From: Dehalococcoidia bacterium
Lineage (GTDB): Bacteria > Chloroflexota > Dehalococcoidia > UBA2979
DNA: 64,000 nt
Reading direction: 5' to 3'
Assembly (NCBI GenBank): GCA_965219085.1
Contig: OZ244720.1
Coordinates: forward strand, 1,376,001-1,440,000
Made by a program: the position numbers and the translations under genes. The notes beneath the pieces are model-generated. The model was not told the origin of the DNA, searched no databases, and saw only the letters and a program-made list of their open reading frames with translations. Of this stretch, positions 31,826 through 44,057 are shown one piece after another; within the stretch, counting starts at the first letter, position 1; each line of letters starts with the position of its first letter.

Positions 31826-32407
31826 CTATGCCTCCTGCGTTGCTTCCGTGTCCGTGGAGCCGTCGCCCACCACCACCTGCGCGGGGCGGACGACGTAGTC
31901 CTGCATCGTGTAGCCGGATCGGACCGCCGCGACGACACGGCCGCCGGGGCCCGGCGCGTACGAGATCGCCTCGTGGACGCGCGGGTCGAACGCGGCCTCC
32001 TCGGTCGGGATCGCCTCGACGCCCACCGCTGCGAGGGTCTCGACGAACTTCTGGCGGACGAGGCGGATGCCCTCGACCCACTGGTGTCCCGCGAGGTCCG
32101 CGTCAACGTTGCCGAGCGCGAGGTCGAGGTCGTCGAGCAGCGGCAGGTAGCGCCGCACCGTGTCTGCGAGCGTGTTGCGGGCGCGCTCGGCCCAGTGTTG
32201 CTCGGAGCGCCGGCGGTAGTTGAGGTGGTCGGCGAGGGCGCGCGCGTGCGCGTCCTTGAGCTCGGCGACCTCTGCCTCGAGGGCCGCGATACGCTCGGCG
32301 TCGGTGAGCGGTTCGGTCTCGGCGTCGGTGGCGTCGGCCGCGGCGCCGGTGACATCGGCGGGAGCGTCGACGGCTGCAAGCGGCTGTTCGGCGTCGTCGG
32401 GGGACAG
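31826..32407 (-). CDS. grpE: Nucleotide exchange factor GrpE (probable CTG start)
   Basis: ADHLNYRRR, FDPRVHEAI, GY...VVRPAQVVV; GGAAAGG RBS 8 nt before CTG at 32407. Confidence 0.9.
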   Translation of the reverse strand: MSPDDAEQPLAAVDAPADVTGAAADATDAETEPLTDAERIAALEAEVAELKDAHARALADHLNYRRRSEQHWAERARNTLADTVRRYLPLLDDLDLALGNVDADLAGHQWVEGIRLVRQKFVETLAAVGVEAIPTEEAAFDPRVHEAISYAPGPGGRVVAAVRSGYTMQDYVVRPAQVVVGDGSTDTEATQEA

Positions 32408-32451
32408 AGTCGTGACCTTTCCGTATGCGATGGGTGGGACGAGCGCGGCGG

Positions 32452-33465
32452 CTAGCCCTCGACCTCCTGCAGGAGGTCCGAGATGAGCGAGGAGAAGTAA
32501 CGGACGCGCGGGATCGTGCGCCCGTAGCGCATGCGCGTCGGCCCGAGCACGGCGACCGTGCCGGTGGCCCCCTCGGGGCCGTCGAAAGCCGACACCACCA
32601 CCGTCCACTCCTGCAACCATTCGTCAGGGTTCTCGTCGCCGATCAGGATGCGCGCGCCGGCCTCGGGCGTGTCGGTCGCGCGCAGCGCGCCCCGCAGGTG
32701 GTACGCCTCCAGGTGCTGCACCGCGTCCAGGATGCGCTCGGTGGAATCGAACTCCGGCTGCTCGAGCGCGGGACGGACGCCGGCGATGTACAACTCGGTG
32801 TCCGCATCGTGCTCGTCGAGCAGCTCGGCGATGTCGAGCGTGAGCGTGCGGTCGTACTCGTCCTGGACGTCCGGCGCCGCGGCGTACAGCGCGGCGGCGG
32901 CGGCCTCCGCGCAGCGGCCATTCAAGCGCTCCGCACGCGTGTTGAGCCGGTCCTGGCTCTCCGTCTCCGGCACACCAACGATGCGCTGGCGCACGCTGCC
33001 GTCGTCGAGGACGGCGACGAGCAGCGCCGTGCCCGGGCGGAGGTGCACGAGCTGCGCGTGGCGCAGCGTCGGCAGCGGGCGCCGCGGCCGCGTCACGACC
33101 GCGACGTTGCCGACGGCAGCCGAGAGAATCGAGGCGGCGAGCCGCAGCCAGTCGTCGTAGCCGGGAGCGGCCTGGTGGAACTGGTGCTCGATCATGCGCT
33201 GCTCGGCCAGGCTCACCGGCTCCTCGGCCATCAGGCGCTCGACGTAGAAGCGGTAACCGACGTTGGAGGGCACACGGCCGGCCGAGGTGTAGGGGTGCGT
33301 GATGTACCCCTCCTCCTCGAGCCGCGCGAGTTCGTTGCGGATGGTCGCGGTCGAGAACTCGAGGTGGTGGCGGTCGACAAGCGCGCGCGAGCTGACGGGC
33401 ACGGCCGTGTCGATGTACTCATCGACAACAAGGTTCAGGATGCCGGCTCGGCGCTCGTTGAGCAC
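32452..33465 (-). CDS. hrcA: Heat-inducible transcription repressor HrcA
   Basis: STATIRNEL, HPYTSAGRVPS..GYRFYV, GPTRMRY. Confidence 0.96.
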   Translation of the reverse strand: MLNERRAGILNLVVDEYIDTAVPVSSRALVDRHHLEFSTATIRNELARLEEEGYITHPYTSAGRVPSNVGYRFYVERLMAEEPVSLAEQRMIEHQFHQAAPGYDDWLRLAASILSAAVGNVAVVTRPRRPLPTLRHAQLVHLRPGTALLVAVLDDGSVRQRIVGVPETESQDRLNTRAERLNGRCAEAAAAALYAAAPDVQDEYDRTLTLDIAELLDEHDADTELYIAGVRPALEQPEFDSTERILDAVQHLEAYHLRGALRATDTPEAGARILIGDENPDEWLQEWTVVVSAFDGPEGATGTVAVLGPTRMRYGRTIPRVRYFSSLISDLLQEVEG

Positions 33466-33504
33466 ACGCCCCTCCAGGCGGGTTTCGTGTTGACCGGGTG
33501 TGGA

Positions 33505-33531
33505 TTAGCACTCTCCCCGCGAGAGTGCTAA
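33505..33531. promoter_or_regulatory. CIRCE operator
   Basis: Perfect TTAGCACTC-N9-GAGTGCTAA upstream of hrcA. Confidence 0.97.
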
Positions 33532-33539
33532 CTGGTACG

Positions 33540-33569
33540 ATTGTAGCGACCGGCGGGTAGCCCGGTCAA
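33540..33569 (-). promoter_or_regulatory. Sigma70 promoter of the hrcA-grpE-dnaK operon
   Basis: TTGACC-N18-TACAAT immediately upstream of CIRCE. Confidence 0.75.
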
Positions 33570-33628
33570 CGCTGGAAGACGCCTCGCGCGAGGGCTTCCG
33601 CAGCAACTGCGAGGGCGGTGCCGTCAGC

Positions 33629-34189
33629 GTGGGACAAACCACCGCAACCGGCGATACCGGGGCGCCAGAACACCCCGGCGAGCGCGATGACGACGCCTTC
33701 TCCGCGCTCTACGAGGCGCACGCCGACCGCGTGTACCGCTACCTGCTGGCGCGCACGCCGAGCCCCGCCGACGCCGAGGAGCTGACCTCGCGCACCTTCG
33801 TCAACGCCTTCACGAACCTCGGACGCTACCACGGGCGCGGTTCGTTCGAGGCGTGGCTGATGGCCATCGCCCATAACCTGCTCGCGAACTGGTACCGCGA
33901 TCGCGGGCGACGCCCGCCGACGACGCCGCTCGACGAGGCCATGAGCATCGCCTCGGACGTGCCGGGGCCGGATTCCGAGCTGGAGATGCAGGAACTGCGG
34001 GGACGGATCCGCGAGGCGACGGCCGAGCTCGCGCCCGACCGGCGGCAGCTCATCGCGCTCAAGTACGTCGACGGCCTGACGAACGCCGAGATCGGCCGCC
34101 GCATGGGCCGTAGCGAGGGCGCGATCAAGGCGCTGCACCACCGCGCGCTGCGGCAACTGGAGCAGGTGCTGGGGCCGACGCCGCCGTAG
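33629..34189 (+). CDS. ECF RNA polymerase sigma factor
   Basis: AF..LY......VYRY, AEELTS, F.AWL..IA.N, region 4 GLTNAEIG...GAIKAL.HRA. Confidence 0.92.
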   Translation: MGQTTATGDTGAPEHPGERDDDAFSALYEAHADRVYRYLLARTPSPADAEELTSRTFVNAFTNLGRYHGRGSFEAWLMAIAHNLLANWYRDRGRRPPTTPLDEAMSIASDVPGPDSELEMQELRGRIREATAELAPDRRQLIALKYVDGLTNAEIGRRMGRSEGAIKALHHRALRQLEQVLGPTPP

Positions 34190-34279
34190 CCGGTGGCGCG
34201 CTGGCAGGCGAGGCGACGCCTCGCTACGATCGACGCTGTAACGGGGCTGCTGCCCCGCTCCCCTTGAGGACGGTACGCC

Positions 34280-34936
34280 GTGGACATCAGTTGGCTCGGG
34301 CATGCCTGCGTGCGCGTCCGGACGCGCCAGGCGGCCGTGGTGATGGACCCCGCCGACCGGTCGGCGGGCTTCGACATGGGCCGGCCCACCGCCGACATCG
34401 TGACCGTGAGCCGCCACCACCCGCACCACGGCCACAGCGGCGGCGTGCGCGGCCAGCCGATCGTGATCGACGGGCCGGGCGAGTACGAGATCAGCGGCGT
34501 GCAGGTCTTCGGCATCGCCAGCCCGCTCCCGGCCGCCGACGACGCAGACGGGCCTCCCGACCCTGCGGCGAGACGCAACACCGCCTTCCTCGTGGAGGCC
34601 GAGGGCATGCACCTCGCGCACCTCGGGAGCGGCTGCCAGCCACCGGCCGCGGAAGCTGAACTCCTGAGCAACGTCGACATTCTCATCCTCGCCATCACCG
34701 GCGAGGAGCACACCGATCCCGCGGTCGCGGCGCGCACCGTGCGCGACCTCGAGCCGAAGATCGTCATCCCCGTGGGCTACGGCGGGCCGAACGGGCGCGA
34801 GAAGCAGAGCCCGCTGGGCGCGTTCCTCGAAGCCACCGGGCTGACCGTCGAGGATCCACAGGCACGGCTCAGCATCCAGCGTCGCGGCCTGGGCGAGCAG
34901 CAGCGCGTCGTGCTGCTGGAGCCGAGCCGGCAGTAA
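34280..34936 (+). CDS. MBL-fold metallohydrolase-like protein
   Basis: I.WLGHAC, DIVTVS, GPGEYEI.GV, LAHLG, PKIVIP; metal motif degenerate. Confidence 0.8.
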   Translation: MDISWLGHACVRVRTRQAAVVMDPADRSAGFDMGRPTADIVTVSRHHPHHGHSGGVRGQPIVIDGPGEYEISGVQVFGIASPLPAADDADGPPDPAARRNTAFLVEAEGMHLAHLGSGCQPPAAEAELLSNVDILILAITGEEHTDPAVAARTVRDLEPKIVIPVGYGGPNGREKQSPLGAFLEATGLTVEDPQARLSIQRRGLGEQQRVVLLEPSRQ

Positions 34937-34954
34937 CGCCTACGTCGAACCCGC

Positions 34955-36205
34955 CTACGGCGGCAGGAAGTTGAGCGGGTTCTGCGGTGTCCCGTTGCGC
35001 CGGATCTCGAAGTGCAGGTGCGGACCCGTCGATGCGCCCGTCGAACCGCTGTAGCCGATGAGGTCGCCCTGCTCCACCCACTCGCCGAGGCTCACGGCGA
35101 AGCGGCTGAAGTGTCCGTAGCGCGTCGTGAACGTCTGGTCGTGCTTGATGATCACGTGGTAGCCGTATGAGCAGCACGGGTGGCCGCCCACGAACGTCAC
35201 CTGGCCCGCAGCCGACGCGACAACCGGCGTGCCTCTCGGCATCCCGATGTCGATGCCGAGCGGATGGCTCGGGCGGAACCACGACGTCATCTGGCTCTGG
35301 CCCCCGGCTGGCCAGATGAAGCCATAGGTTGACCCCGTCACCGTGGGCGTCGGCGTTGCCACCGCAGGCGCGGGGGTCTGGGTGGGTGTCGGCGAGGGCG
35401 TCGGCGTAGCGACCACGCTCGCGGGCTGCGGGGTCGGTGTCGGCGTGCGCGTCGAGGGCGGGGTCGGTGTCGGCGTACGCGGCGGGGGCGGTGGTGGTGG
35501 CGGCGCGATGATGCGGCCGCCGGGGACGAGAATGGTCGAACCCTCACGCACCGCGTTCACGTCGGTGAGGTTGTTCGCGGCGAACGCGACGATCTCGTTG
35601 ATGTCGGCTTCGTAGGTCTCGGCGATCTCGATCAGCGTCTCGTGGAGGCGCACGTCGTGAATGATGCCCCCGACGCTCGGGATCTGGAGCATCTGGCCCG
35701 GCGTGAGCAGGTCCGCGTCGGGCAGGATGTCGATGTTATTCCACATGATGTAGTCGGCGTCGATACCGAAGCGCAGTGCGATGCCGATCACCGTGTCGTT
35801 CTGCTGGATTTCGTAGCGGTAGAAGATCGGGAGTTGCCTCTCCGGACGCGGGGTCGGCTCCGGGTCCGGCGCCTCCGTCGCGGCCGGATCCGGAGCGGCG
35901 GCGGGCCCCGGTCCCGGCGTGGGTGTGGCTGGCCCCGGCGTCGAGGTCGGCGCGATAGGTGTGGGCGTCGGCGGCGGATCCGCCTCGGGCTTCGCAGGCT
36001 CGGCGACTCCGCCGAGGCCGGGCAACGACATCACCTCGGCGCGGAGCACGGGCTCGCGCGGCGCGGAGCGCACGGTGCGCGGGAAGAACCCCACGACGAT
36101 CACGACGGCCACCAGCAGCAGCACGACGCCGCCCTGCACGAGCGCGTCGCTCTGCAGGGCGCGGCCCGTTGCGGAGGCGGCCCCGCGACGCCGCGCGCGC
36201 AGCAA
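34955..36205 (-). CDS. LysM + M23 peptidase with Pro/Thr-rich linkers (start uncertain)
   Basis: Two LysM repeats; HPLGIDI, YGH, STGPHLHFEI; N-terminal TM. Confidence 0.88.
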   Translation of the reverse strand: MLRARRRGAASATGRALQSDALVQGGVVLLLVAVVIVVGFFPRTVRSAPREPVLRAEVMSLPGLGGVAEPAKPEADPPPTPTPIAPTSTPGPATPTPGPGPAAAPDPAATEAPDPEPTPRPERQLPIFYRYEIQQNDTVIGIALRFGIDADYIMWNNIDILPDADLLTPGQMLQIPSVGGIIHDVRLHETLIEIAETYEADINEIVAFAANNLTDVNAVREGSTILVPGGRIIAPPPPPPPPRTPTPTPPSTRTPTPTPQPASVVATPTPSPTPTQTPAPAVATPTPTVTGSTYGFIWPAGGQSQMTSWFRPSHPLGIDIGMPRGTPVVASAAGQVTFVGGHPCCSYGYHVIIKHDQTFTTRYGHFSRFAVSLGEWVEQGDLIGYSGSTGASTGPHLHFEIRRNGTPQNPLNFLPP

Positions 36206-36428
36206 CGCGCGCGCGCGGCGAGGGTTGGGTGGAGGAGTGATCAGGCCGCTGATACTCGATCGCCCCCCTGGTGGGCGTCGCGTCGACCGCGAACGCGACG
36301 CCGGACGCCCGGAACGACAGCACTCCCGGAGAGTCTACCAACCGGGGACACATGATCGATGCCCCGCAGGGGCGCTCCGAGTATCCGGATCTTGTTTGGG
36401 CTGACGGGTCCGCGCGGCGCGCGGGCGG

Positions 36429-37820
<1,392 letters not shown>

Positions 37821-38048
37821 GTGCCTACTTGTGTCGCATCACGTGCGAAGCGGAGGGGGATGTGGTGTGGACAAGGTGTTGCCCGGTTACGATTGTAACG
37901 CACCACTCCCGGCGTGAACACCCCCCGTTACACCTGAAGCCTCACTTCTCGCAACGCCCCTGCTAGCATGCGCCAAGCGTCGACCGCGCGAGGCGGCCTC
38001 CTGCGAGTCGACTAGGGTTGTCGATCAGAGCCGTCGGCATGAGAGGTG

Positions 38049-38067
38049 AGAACACTTGTGCTATCAT
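38049..38067 (+). promoter_or_regulatory. Possible LexA-type box overlapping a -10 element
   Basis: AGAAC-ACTT-GTGCT (one mismatch to AGAAC-N4-GTTCT) overlapping TATCAT. Confidence 0.3.
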
Positions 38068-38154
38068 TGAAGGAGTCCACACTTCAGTCCTAGGAGCACA
38101 TGATCGGTTGACGTGCATACTCGGTCGATCATATCCTTCGTCAAGGAGCTTCTC

Positions 38155-38553
38155 ATGCCGGAAAGCGCAATTGATCAACTCCGTCGCGAGATGACCACCC
38201 GGTACTCGTACTTGGACGTCCTAGCGCTCGCCCTCGCGAAGTCCGAGGTTCAGGCCTTCACGGGTGACAGCCTGCGTTGGTCGGAGGCAGTCCGTGAGAT
38301 GCGCGCCAAGTACCCGGAACTACTGTCCGGGATCTGGTTCTCCGAGCGCGGCTACAGTGAGCAATTGGAGGATTTCTTCCGAGTCATGGCCCGCGCTGGC
38401 GCGCTTTCGTTCGCGAATCCCCGATATGAGCGAATCGACATGGCACCTGAGGCGCCTCGCCTCATTGAGGAAGGAGCCCCGGAGGCCTTGCGAGATCACG
38501 AGGAGCCCATCCGGGTCATTGCCAGGCGCCTTGCGGAACTCAAGCTCGGATAG
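38155..38553 (+). CDS. Small hypothetical protein, YwgA/Panacea-like winged helix
   Basis: AAGGAG RBS; 'F...GYSEQLE.....M...G' resembles the (GP)YS.EL motif; 10 nt upstream of the HD gene. Confidence 0.6.
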   Translation: MPESAIDQLRREMTTRYSYLDVLALALAKSEVQAFTGDSLRWSEAVREMRAKYPELLSGIWFSERGYSEQLEDFFRVMARAGALSFANPRYERIDMAPEAPRLIEEGAPEALRDHEEPIRVIARRLAELKLG

Positions 38554-38563
38554 GCGCCGCAAA

Positions 38564-40072
38564 ATGGACCTAGCCGAGGCTACACGCGACGTCGACGAGT
38601 ACGTCGCTGAGACTCTCGGCGACTACCAGGTCCGTCCAGTTACTGAACCCAAGGTCATCCGCGACGCGGTTTATGGGTTCCAGCGCTTTCATCCGCATGA
38701 GCTCGCGATAATCGACTCCCCTATCCTCCAGAGGCTTCGCGGAGTGCATCAGACAGCGTTGAGCTATCTCGTATATCCATCGGCCAATCACACGCGCTTT
38801 GAACATTCGCTGGGAGTTGCAACAAAGGCTGAGCAGTTGGCAATCGCCCTTCGCGCGGCGCCATCACGTCCGGAGGTGTCAGAGACACGGATCTTGGAGT
38901 TACGCTTGGCCGGCCTCTTACATGACACGGGCCACGGACTATTCTCTCACTTGACCGAATCGATATTCAGTGACCGACATCCAGAGCTCGTGGACGATGT
39001 GAAGAAGAGCAGCGAGTTCGCCGAGAAGACAAACCTGGGGGAAGCGCTATCGGCGCTAATCGTCCGTTCGCCGAGCTTTCGCGAGCTGCTCGATGATACG
39101 CGATCAGCCTACAAGGACATGGACGGGCTGAGTGGCGTAACGGCGGACGGGATCGCCGAGCTCATACTCGGAAAGACTTCCAATCCTCACGAGCAATATC
39201 TGGCTGACATCATTAGTGGTCCATTCGACGCCGACAAGCTCGATTACTTGGGTCGGGACTGCCACTTCACTGGGATTCGAGCCGAGGTAGATTGGGAGCG
39301 CATTACACACGCGCTCGAAGTCTACGAGCGCGACGGGCGGAGAGAGCTAGCTGTGCGGCACCCCGCCGTTCCGCACCTCGAGCAGATCTTGTTCAGCAAG
39401 ATGATGCTGTATTCGGCTGTGTATCACCATCACAAGATCCGGGCATTAGAGCAGATGGTACAAGCAACCTTTGAAGTCGCTCGGGACCACAGCGCGGGCC
39501 TCACTGAGCCACTCTTCGCGCTCCAGAAGCTCTCCGACATGTGGCGGCTCTCGGAAGCTGGGTTCTTTGTTCTGGGCGAACGCGAGCCAGCGATCGCCGA
39601 TCGGGTCAGAGCAATCAGAGACCGCCACCTCGTGCAGCGGGCACTGTTACTGAATATCGCTACAATCAAGAAGAACCCAGCCAATATCGAGTTTCAGAAG
39701 CTGTTTGCCGATCCGCGAGGGTCGGAGACAGCGCGCCGGTTAGAGAGAGCTGTTCGCGACGAACTCCCACCCGAGTTCCGGGGTAGGCTCGCCGAACACG
39801 ACATTCGATTCGATTTCCCGCGCTCACCCAAGCTCAGCGAGGACGCAGAACAGTGCAACGTCCTCGTGAGCCCGGGAGTTGCCCAAACCCTGAAGACCTT
39901 CTTCCCGACCGAGGACTGGGTAGCCAGCTACGCTGATAACAAGCTCACCTCCCATGTGTTCGCAGCGGGGAACCTTGAGACCCGGACAGGAGTCGCCGAT
40001 GCGGCGCAGCGTGTCCTACAGGATCTCTACCGCTTGGAACTCGACCTGACCGCGCGGCGGGCGCTGAAATGA
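38564..40072 (+). CDS. HD-domain dNTP triphosphohydrolase-like protein (SAMHD1/YwfO type)
   Basis: QRLR...Q, YP.ANHTRFEHSLG, LLHDTGHG.FSH, DADKLDYL.RD, VY.H. Confidence 0.9.
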   Translation: MDLAEATRDVDEYVAETLGDYQVRPVTEPKVIRDAVYGFQRFHPHELAIIDSPILQRLRGVHQTALSYLVYPSANHTRFEHSLGVATKAEQLAIALRAAPSRPEVSETRILELRLAGLLHDTGHGLFSHLTESIFSDRHPELVDDVKKSSEFAEKTNLGEALSALIVRSPSFRELLDDTRSAYKDMDGLSGVTADGIAELILGKTSNPHEQYLADIISGPFDADKLDYLGRDCHFTGIRAEVDWERITHALEVYERDGRRELAVRHPAVPHLEQILFSKMMLYSAVYHHHKIRALEQMVQATFEVARDHSAGLTEPLFALQKLSDMWRLSEAGFFVLGEREPAIADRVRAIRDRHLVQRALLLNIATIKKNPANIEFQKLFADPRGSETARRLERAVRDELPPEFRGRLAEHDIRFDFPRSPKLSEDAEQCNVLVSPGVAQTLKTFFPTEDWVASYADNKLTSHVFAAGNLETRTGVADAAQRVLQDLYRLELDLTARRALK

Positions 40073-40168
40073 TCTCGCTCCCTGACTCGGCAGCCTGACC
40101 AATTACTGAGTCCGCGCAACCGGTGCTGGGCTTCTGAACGGGATCTTGGGGGAGCGCCGCAGCGCCGC

Positions 40169-40816
40169 CTACACCGGCGTGTATTTGGCGGCGTCTGCCA
40201 GGAAGCGCTGGATCCCCACGTCCGTGAGCGGGTGGTGGATCAACTGGAACAGCACCTTCGGCGGCAGCGTCGCGATGTGCGAGCCCGCCAGCGCGGCCTC
40301 TGTCACGTGTCGCGTGTGGCGCACCGACGCCGCGAGGATCTGGCTCGGCAGGTGGTACGTCTCCATGATCCGCACCGACTCGCGCACCACCTCCATGCCG
40401 TCCTGCCCGCCGTCGTCGATGCGGCCGACGAACGGCGAGATGAGCGTCGCGCCGGCGCGCGCGGCGAGCAGCGCCTGGTTCGCCGAGAACACGAGCGTGC
40501 AGTTCGTACTGATGCCTTCCGCCGACAGCCGGCTGATGGCGGCGAGCCCCGCCTCCGACATCGCCACCTTCACCACGACGTTCTCGTGCCACGAGGCGAT
40601 GCGACGCCCCTCCTCGACGAGCTCGTCGGCCGTCTCCGAGATCGTCTCGGCGGAGATGGGGCCGTCGACGACCTCGCAGATCTCCAGCACGCGGTCGCGG
40701 TACTCGACGCCTTCGGCAGCGACGAGCGAGGGGTTGGTGGTGACCCCGTCGACGACGCCCATGGCGGCGCCGCGGCGGATCTCATCGATGTTCGCGGTGT
40801 CCAGGAAGATGCGCAT
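40169..40816 (-). CDS. fsa: Transaldolase / fructose-6-phosphate aldolase
   Basis: FLDTAN, GVTTNPSL, NVVVK, SPFVGRIDD, LAASVR, HPLTD.G. Confidence 0.93.
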   Translation of the reverse strand: MRIFLDTANIDEIRRGAAMGVVDGVTTNPSLVAAEGVEYRDRVLEICEVVDGPISAETISETADELVEEGRRIASWHENVVVKVAMSEAGLAAISRLSAEGISTNCTLVFSANQALLAARAGATLISPFVGRIDDGGQDGMEVVRESVRIMETYHLPSQILAASVRHTRHVTEAALAGSHIATLPPKVLFQLIHHPLTDVGIQRFLADAAKYTPV

Positions 40817-40893
40817 TCGGGCAGGCTCCTCGGTGTGCTACGCGCGGACTCGTACGCTCAACGCCGGCGCCGGCGCGGTGGGCCGCGGCGCCA

Positions 40894-41361
40894 TTAGAAC
40901 GGCTTCGCGATCGCGAACCACGTCATGACCGGCACGCTGATCACCATCAGGGTGCCAAACACTACTGGCACGCGGTCGTCGAGGGCGTCCTGCAACTCCT
41001 CGGTCATCTCGCCGCGCTTCTGCGCCTGCAGCGCAAGCAGCCGCACGCGACGCAGGCCGACGCCCAACAGCGGCAAGAAGATAAAGACATTCACGATGAA
41101 CAGCACCTCCAGGGCGAGCAGCCACCCCGTGGTGATCAGGTTCGTGTTGTCCGAGGCCGCCCACGCGAACCCGCTGAGCCCGGTGGCGAGCAGCCCCGAG
41201 AGCAGCCAGCGCGTCTCCGCCTGCGCCGCCTCGGTCAGCATCACGGCGCGCGTCTCGAGGTCGTCGGCGCCCCACGCGCGCCAGATCGGCACCATCACCG
41301 CCCCGAGGCCAGCCATCATCCAGAACAGCGCGAGCACGTGAAGCAGGCGGAACAGGTCCAT
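40894..41361 (-). CDS. DUF2269-like membrane protein
   Basis: LHVL N-terminus, 4 TM segments, C-terminal KPF. Confidence 0.7.
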   Translation of the reverse strand: MDLFRLLHVLALFWMMAGLGAVMVPIWRAWGADDLETRAVMLTEAAQAETRWLLSGLLATGLSGFAWAASDNTNLITTGWLLALEVLFIVNVFIFLPLLGVGLRRVRLLALQAQKRGEMTEELQDALDDRVPVVFGTLMVISVPVMTWFAIAKPF

Positions 41362-41443
41362 CGGCTACCGCTCGCCCCTCGTGTGTGGTCCGTCGCGCCC
41401 TGGTCGACGTCGACTCCGAGTGTAGGCGCGCCCGCGCGGACGG

Positions 41444-43078
<1,635 letters not shown>

Positions 43079-43153
43079 CACCCCTCGGTCCATCGGGGAG
43101 GACACGGTTCATATTCTGCGCGGGCCGGGGGTGTGTCAACGAGGGACGGGAGC

Positions 43154-43756
43154 CTACAGGTAGTCAGTGTGGTCTCGCACTGACAGGTAGTCGTCGTAGT
43201 TGAGGTAATGGACCCACGTCGTTCGCTCCCCGCGGGCCGTCAGCGCGCGATTAGATCCTGGCCCGCGCCATGCCGCAGCCTCAGCTCGCGGGTATCGTTG
43301 AAAGCGATCAGTCACGAATTCGAGCGCGGGCCTGAGGTCGGTGTCGGTCGAGAAGATGACGCCGACGTCATAGCTGCGATCGATGGCGCCGGCTATGAAG
43401 TCGATCGCGAGCTCTACATCCACGCCCTTCTGCTCCGCGCGCCTCTGCGGCCAATCGCCGGGGTAGCGGAGAGTTCTCGGCACGACCACCGCGCCCAAGC
43501 GCTCCCATGCCTCACACTGACGCATGTGCGCGCCGTACGTCTTCGGGTCCTTGGTCGAGTCGGGGCGGCCTGTGTAGATTCGTACCTCACCGAGTACGCG
43601 AGTGTGGTCTGGCGGAGGTCGACTACAGATGAGTTCGCCGAGCGCCATCGGGTCGACCTGGCCGTCGGTGTGGTAGCGGGGTCCGGTATGGAAGCTCCGT
43701 TGAGCTCCCATGTAGGCATTCTGTGCGTCGATGAACAGAACAACCCGGTCGGGCAT
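43154..43756 (-). CDS. NYN-domain (PIN-like) ribonuclease
   Basis: LFIDAQN, QKGVDVELAID, STDTDL.PA conserved acidic catalytic residues. Confidence 0.9.
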   Translation of the reverse strand: MPDRVVLFIDAQNAYMGAQRSFHTGPRYHTDGQVDPMALGELICSRPPPDHTRVLGEVRIYTGRPDSTKDPKTYGAHMRQCEAWERLGAVVVPRTLRYPGDWPQRRAEQKGVDVELAIDFIAGAIDRSYDVGVIFSTDTDLRPALEFVTDRFQRYPRAEAAAWRGPGSNRALTARGERTTWVHYLNYDDYLSVRDHTDYL

Positions 43757-43774
43757 TGGGCACCACTCAACGAA

Positions 43775-43838
43775 TAACCCCGCCAGTTCACCACCCGGAG
43801 GCAGTGGACGGCGGGGAGGATTAGCCCCTTGGGGCACC
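43775..43838 (-). ncRNA. Putative structured RNA/leader upstream of the NYN gene
   Basis: Small hairpin at 43824-43835 and long hairpin CCCCGCC...GGCGGGG at 43778-43816, downstream of a TTGACA promoter. Confidence 0.4.
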
Positions 43839-43841
43839 GAC

Positions 43842-43885
43842 AGTCTCCGAACCAAGTCGGCGGTTTGTCAAGTTGGATCTGACAA
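43842..43885 (-). promoter_or_regulatory. Promoter TTGACA-N18-GAGACT with an overlapping inverted repeat
   Basis: Consensus -35 at 43866-43871; TTGTCA-N9-TGACAA palindrome at 43865-43885. Confidence 0.55.
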
Positions 43886-44057
43886 CAACCCCTCGGCTCG
43901 GCCTTGAACTTCTGCACATCCAACGTTACACCACCGGATGGTTTGCTTCGGGCGCGACCTCCTCTCGCCTCCCCGTTTCTTGCTGGCGACCCACCACCCC
44001 CGGTACGCTGACCTGACCCGCGGCAACCACGCCACGAGGCGAGGGGAGCACGCACCC

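Noticed and set aside
35340-35510. Pro/Thr tandem repeats in the LysM-M23 gene
   Set aside because: Ordinary PT linker, common in exported proteins
37886-37899. GTTAC-N4-GTAAC palindrome upstream of rho
   Set aside because: Short, single occurrence, and no regulator can be assigned from sequence alone
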